This document shows positions 60,060 through 64,000 of a stretch of 64,000 nt of DNA, one piece after another. Origin of the DNA: Oculina patagonica (lineage: Eukaryota); NCBI RefSeq assembly GCF_052425735.1, contig NC_135761.1, positions 33,666,001 through 33,730,000 of the forward strand. Reading direction: 5' to 3'. Under the pieces are notes generated by a model, which saw only the letters and a list, made by a program, of their open reading frames with translations, searched no databases and was not told the DNA's origin. Position 1 is the stretch's first letter, and each line of letters starts with the position of its first letter. The position numbers and the translations under genes were made by a program.

Positions 60060-60368
60060 GTGGGAGGTTTGGTGACCTAATGGTTATTGTGCTGGACTCC
60101 GGATCGAGCGGTCCGGGTTCGAGACCTGGCCCGGGCACTACGTTGCGTTCTTAGGCAAGACACTTTACTCTCATAGTTCTTCTCTTCACCCAGGTGTATG
60201 AATGGGTACCGGCTTATTTACTGCTGGGGGAGGGGGGGGGGGTTAACCCTGCGATGGACTAGCATCCCATCCAGGGGGAGTAGAAATACTCCTAGCCGCT
60301 TAATAATGCTGCAGAAACCTGGTTACGCTCCAGCCTGATGAGCCACTTGGCTCAACAGCAGGCTTTAC
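60060..60368 (+). mobile_element. tRNA-derived SINE
   Basis: A-box TGACCTAATGG and B-box GGTTCGAGACC, central GGCAAGACACTT...CCCAGGTGTA..AATGGGTACC domain, and a 14-bp TSD CTACCCAAACATTT (60046-60059 and 60369-60382). Confidence 0.9.
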
Positions 60369-63300
60369 CTACCCAAACATTTAATTCCCAGTGCCCACAC
60401 TGTGAAGAACAGTAATCATGATAATGAGATACACAGTTCATCAATCTCTAAATTAATCTCACATGTTGCAATACAATAATAACTGATAAAATATATGTTG
60501 TTCATAGGCAAATTTTTACTTTACCAAAACCGAACTCAGTCATTACATAATAAAACATTAAACACAGCTGTTTTGTTTTGTGGGTGTGTCTCACAGATTA
60601 GTTATTTGTTGTTATTTATAGTATCGGGAAATAATACTGTCACTGTTCCAATAGGGCCCCCGTTTGAGGGGGGGGGGGGGTGGGACAAGCTACATGCAAA
60701 ACTTTCCAGTTGTATGCTATGTACAGCTATAACATACCAGTTATGGTGGGTGTATGGATATTTTCTAGAGCAACGCTTTCTTTGTTCTAGTTTCTCTTTG
60801 AGAGTTTATATATCTTTGGGAGGTTATGCACAAACTGCTAGATGATCATCCTCTTTTGATTGATCAACTATTTTTACTTTTATTTGGTGCTGTTGTTCAT
60901 GGTGAAAAACAATACATAATATATATAAAGAAAATAACACGAATAAAAAATCATTCTAAAAAAAAATGTAAAGGGCATATAACCGGGGAGCTCCGCTTTT
61001 AGGCTTGCCTAAATCTCTATTACTGTTGATATCTGGTTGATATGAATTTTCAGGAATTTTATAATTTCACTATTTTTTTTTCCCGTCACGCCGTGCAAGA
61101 TGAAATTATTATTATCTGATTTATCTCTGTAAATATCTGAGAATAATTAAGTGTAGTGTTAAGTGTTAAAGATATCCAGACGGAGGAAAGAACTGCAAAA
61201 TAACTCTTGAGACTGCGAGAATGTTGACTCTTCCCCAGCTGTCTCTTAGTCTGGCTATGGAGAGATGACTAAGTCAGCTCGTCAGCTCTGAATAAACCAG
61301 AATAAAGATAAACCAGAATAAACGTGAATACGCTTCGGAAATCATTTTATTAACAAAGGTCTGCAAAGGTACATAAAGTAAACAATGAATAAAGTCAGAT
61401 AAAGTCTATTTCTTCAGGCTTAATTCTCCTGGTTTGTATGCGTCATTCTTTGCCATTTTGAAACCAATCTTTTACCTATAATATAAATTTAAATGTTTTA
61501 GTATATCATTCTGATCATTATGGGAATTTCTGTCATTGTAGGAAGGAAAGTGTACCATCCTGCCACCCCACGCCTTGCACATTGGATGGAATCTGCGAGA
61601 AACAATTTTTATGTAAAAATTGAAAAGCTAATCGACCCTCAACGTGTTGAAAGCGGTACCTACCTGAACGATATTGTTGCATTGTGGCTTCCATCAGAAG
61701 GATTACAAGTTGGCCAGATCGTCAAGATTGTCAGGTCACCCTCCTTAAAATCAAACTTTTCGGTTTTCGAATGGAGATCAGATTAAAAAAATTAGAAAAA
61801 GTAACCATTCGCTTCAGGGGATTGAACTTTAAGAAAAAAACTTCGCTTGGGTGGGAAGTGGTACCTACTCACACCTTTAATTGGTGCCATGTTCGTTCCA
61901 TCATAAAAGTAGTGGGAAAAGTGAGTGGTTCGCAGCCCAAATGGCCGAATTATGTTGACCTGACCGAAATTTTTAAGGAATTACTTAGGGGACAAGAAAT
62001 AAACAAAGAGAGAGGAGGCACAACAAAAGGAAGAAAATGAAAAAAGGAAACCCAGAAGATCTGACTGTTTGGCTGTTGCGAGAGATTTTGGACGAGTGAG
62101 CCGTATAGTAAAAGTTGAAAAAAAGGAGTCCTGATCGAGAAAGTTAGAGCTGCCAGGGAAAAAGCCAACAACACAACATGTACCGCCTCTGTCTGAAACA
62201 CAGTTACCACCGGTCACGAGAGATCTACAGGCCACAATTCGAACTCAGATTCTGCTGACTTTTTCATTGCAGAAGAGAGAGCCAACTCTACGTCTTTGTC
62301 GTTTCGTTGTTTCCAACGTGTTGTACGACCAACACAAATTCTTTATTATTTTGATGAAAAGAAAGAAAGGTTGATCTACCTATTATTGCTTGTACTGTTT
62401 TTTTATTGACCTGCTCAGGCGTACATGGCAAACGCCCTTTACGTTTACGTTATTTATGCACTGATTTTAATTCAGGCAACTCTGGTTTTCGAATAAATAA
62501 TTTGTTTGTTTGCCTCGTTTCTTGCATTATTGATGATGCTGTTGACTTGTTCAATGCTTGCGCAAGTAAATGTACGTTCCTTCTGTGGTGACCAGTATCC
62601 AATAGACATGTTTTGTGCTGCCTATGGCTAGTGTAACTAATGAGCGAGCCTTCTAGCCGCCAGACTCTTTTGGAGAGCTTCTTTTTCAAGGCGTTTAAAC
62701 TGCCATTTTTATGTTACAGTTCAAGTTTACAGTTTGAAAGGCAAATCATGACTTATGTTAGTGTTTTAAGATAATTTTTACTTTTTTAAAATATGACGCC
62801 AGCATTGCATTAGACGGTATTCAATTTTAAAGCACTACAGGTAAGTGACCTTTAATCTTCTTTGATCTCCGTTCGATCACAATTCATCAATTTGATGGCA
62901 AATTGAGAATTGATATTGTTATAAAATCGTATGCCCAGTTCTACGATGTATCAATCACTATGTGAAAAAAAGTTTTATTACAGTTTTCCTCATTAAAATG
63001 CATAACGAGACCATGTTTTAGAAATATTGACTGAAAATATAACGCATCAAAAATGAAAACCAATCGATGACAATCGATGTCAAATAACTGATCAATTGGG
63101 ATTGATAATCAATAAAAATTGATAATCGATGAAATCGTTAATCACAAAAAACCTGAGCATCGATTGTTCATCAATTATTGATATTAATTATCAATCGATT
63201 AATTGGCATCAATTGTTATCGATTGATTTTCCGATCATTGGTTTCATCAATTGTTCAGGCCCTGAACAGAGGCGCACAGAGCCAAAGAAAAAGACAAGCA

Positions 63301-64000
63301 AGAAGATAGTGGAGACGAAAAAACAAAGAGATTACCGGGGTATTAAGCTATTCAGCCTGTTGGCTGCCATTTAATTGTTTAAACGAAACTATCTTTTTTT
63401 ACTTTTTAGGAAGAAGTGGTAAAATAATTTGTTGAATGCTTAAATTGAAAACGGCCAAAAAAAAAAACCATCTTACACTTTAACCAACCGTCTACCTAAT
63501 GATGACTATCTTGTGTAATTAAAATTTACCTCCATTTCTGACCATTAAACACAGGATCCACTTTTAGTTTGGCAGAAACTAAGCTGCAACGACATTAATC
63601 AGAGAAAGATAGCAACATCACCTTCAATCTTGTGAGAAATATCTAAACAGCAGAAATAAACAACAAGAAAAAAACAGCAAAAACTGTTGCCTTGTCTTTT
63701 TGTTTCCTGCACTCTACTGCCTAAAACGGCCTATCAGCACTTCCAGCTACCATGACTTCCTTTTTTTAAACTACTGCTTTTATAACACCTAAACACCTAT
63801 TACACATGCTGCAAGGAGAGCTCTACAAAAACTAAGCAAAAAAAAAAACAGCACAAACTAAATGCTTTGAAAGGTTATTTTATTTTTATTACTGCCGGTC
63901 CTACTTGATGAAATGTCTCACTTTCAGTTTTATCTTAAAGAGATGCCAGTTTATGAAACATCATTGTCGGTACCAAGAGCACGAGAATATTGTCCAAATC

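Larger units (their letters stand above)
55233..61021 (+). mobile_element. Helentron-associated non-autonomous element (HINE/DINE-1-like)
   Basis: Sub-TIR AGCGGAGCTCC (55237-55247) pairs with GGAGCTCCGCT (60987-60997). 3' stem-loop TTTAGGC-TT-GCCTAAA, and a (GTAC/GTCC) microsatellite at about 55350. Confidence 0.6.
54906..63264. mobile_element. Non-autonomous TIR element with a 7-bp TSD (P-element-like), containing nested repeats
   Basis: TIR of about 50 bp, CAGGGCCTGAACAA.GATGAAACC.ATGATCGGAAAATCAATCGATAACAA, matched at 63212-63264. AACAGAG is duplicated at 54899-54905 and 63265-63271. ATCGAT-rich subtermini. Confidence 0.8.

Noticed and set aside
60060-60135. tRNA gene
   Set aside because: It is the tRNA-like head of a SINE, with body, tail and 14-bp TSD.
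61157-61355. Short solo LTR (TGTTAA...TTAACA with AATAAA repeats)
   Set aside because: There is no clean 4-6-bp TSD for either possible start, so support is insufficient.
61520-62250. ORFs as the transposase of the P-like element
   Set aside because: No THAP or P-transposase motifs are recognisable, and the frames are short and broken.

Overview
This is AT-rich eukaryotic DNA made up almost entirely of mobile elements. The repeat types suggest a cnidarian, probably a coral (inference), and no clear host housekeeping gene is present. The centrepiece is a complete Polinton/Maverick (adintovirus-like endogenous virus) at 20243-42290, with AGTAGT...ACTACT ends, a GTATCC TSD and 446-bp TIRs. It is about 18.1 kb once a 3.9-kb insertion in its right TIR is removed. 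It carries OTU-pPolB, an integrase with a chromodomain, two pentons, MCP, an adenain protease, a packaging ATPase and core proteins. Its accessory genes are unusual: an intact 4-exon spliced RING-finger gene with a TAZ-like C-terminus that the ORF track does not show as one gene, a 71-aa lipidation-motif protein ending in a PDZ-binding motif (RETVL), a zf-GRF protein, and a probable intron in the pPolB unit. The Polinton splits the THAP-DDE transposase of an ISL2EU-type element (about 7.2-43.2 kb). That element's other gene contains a further nest: IS3EU > Kolobok > Academ > L2/CR1 LINE. The flanks hold a solo LTR within an L2 remnant, DIRS-like, AcademH, Pogo, CR1 and HECT remnants, and a P-like element containing a Helentron-type element, MITEs and a SINE. 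All family assignments come from motif recognition by eye; no database searches were run.
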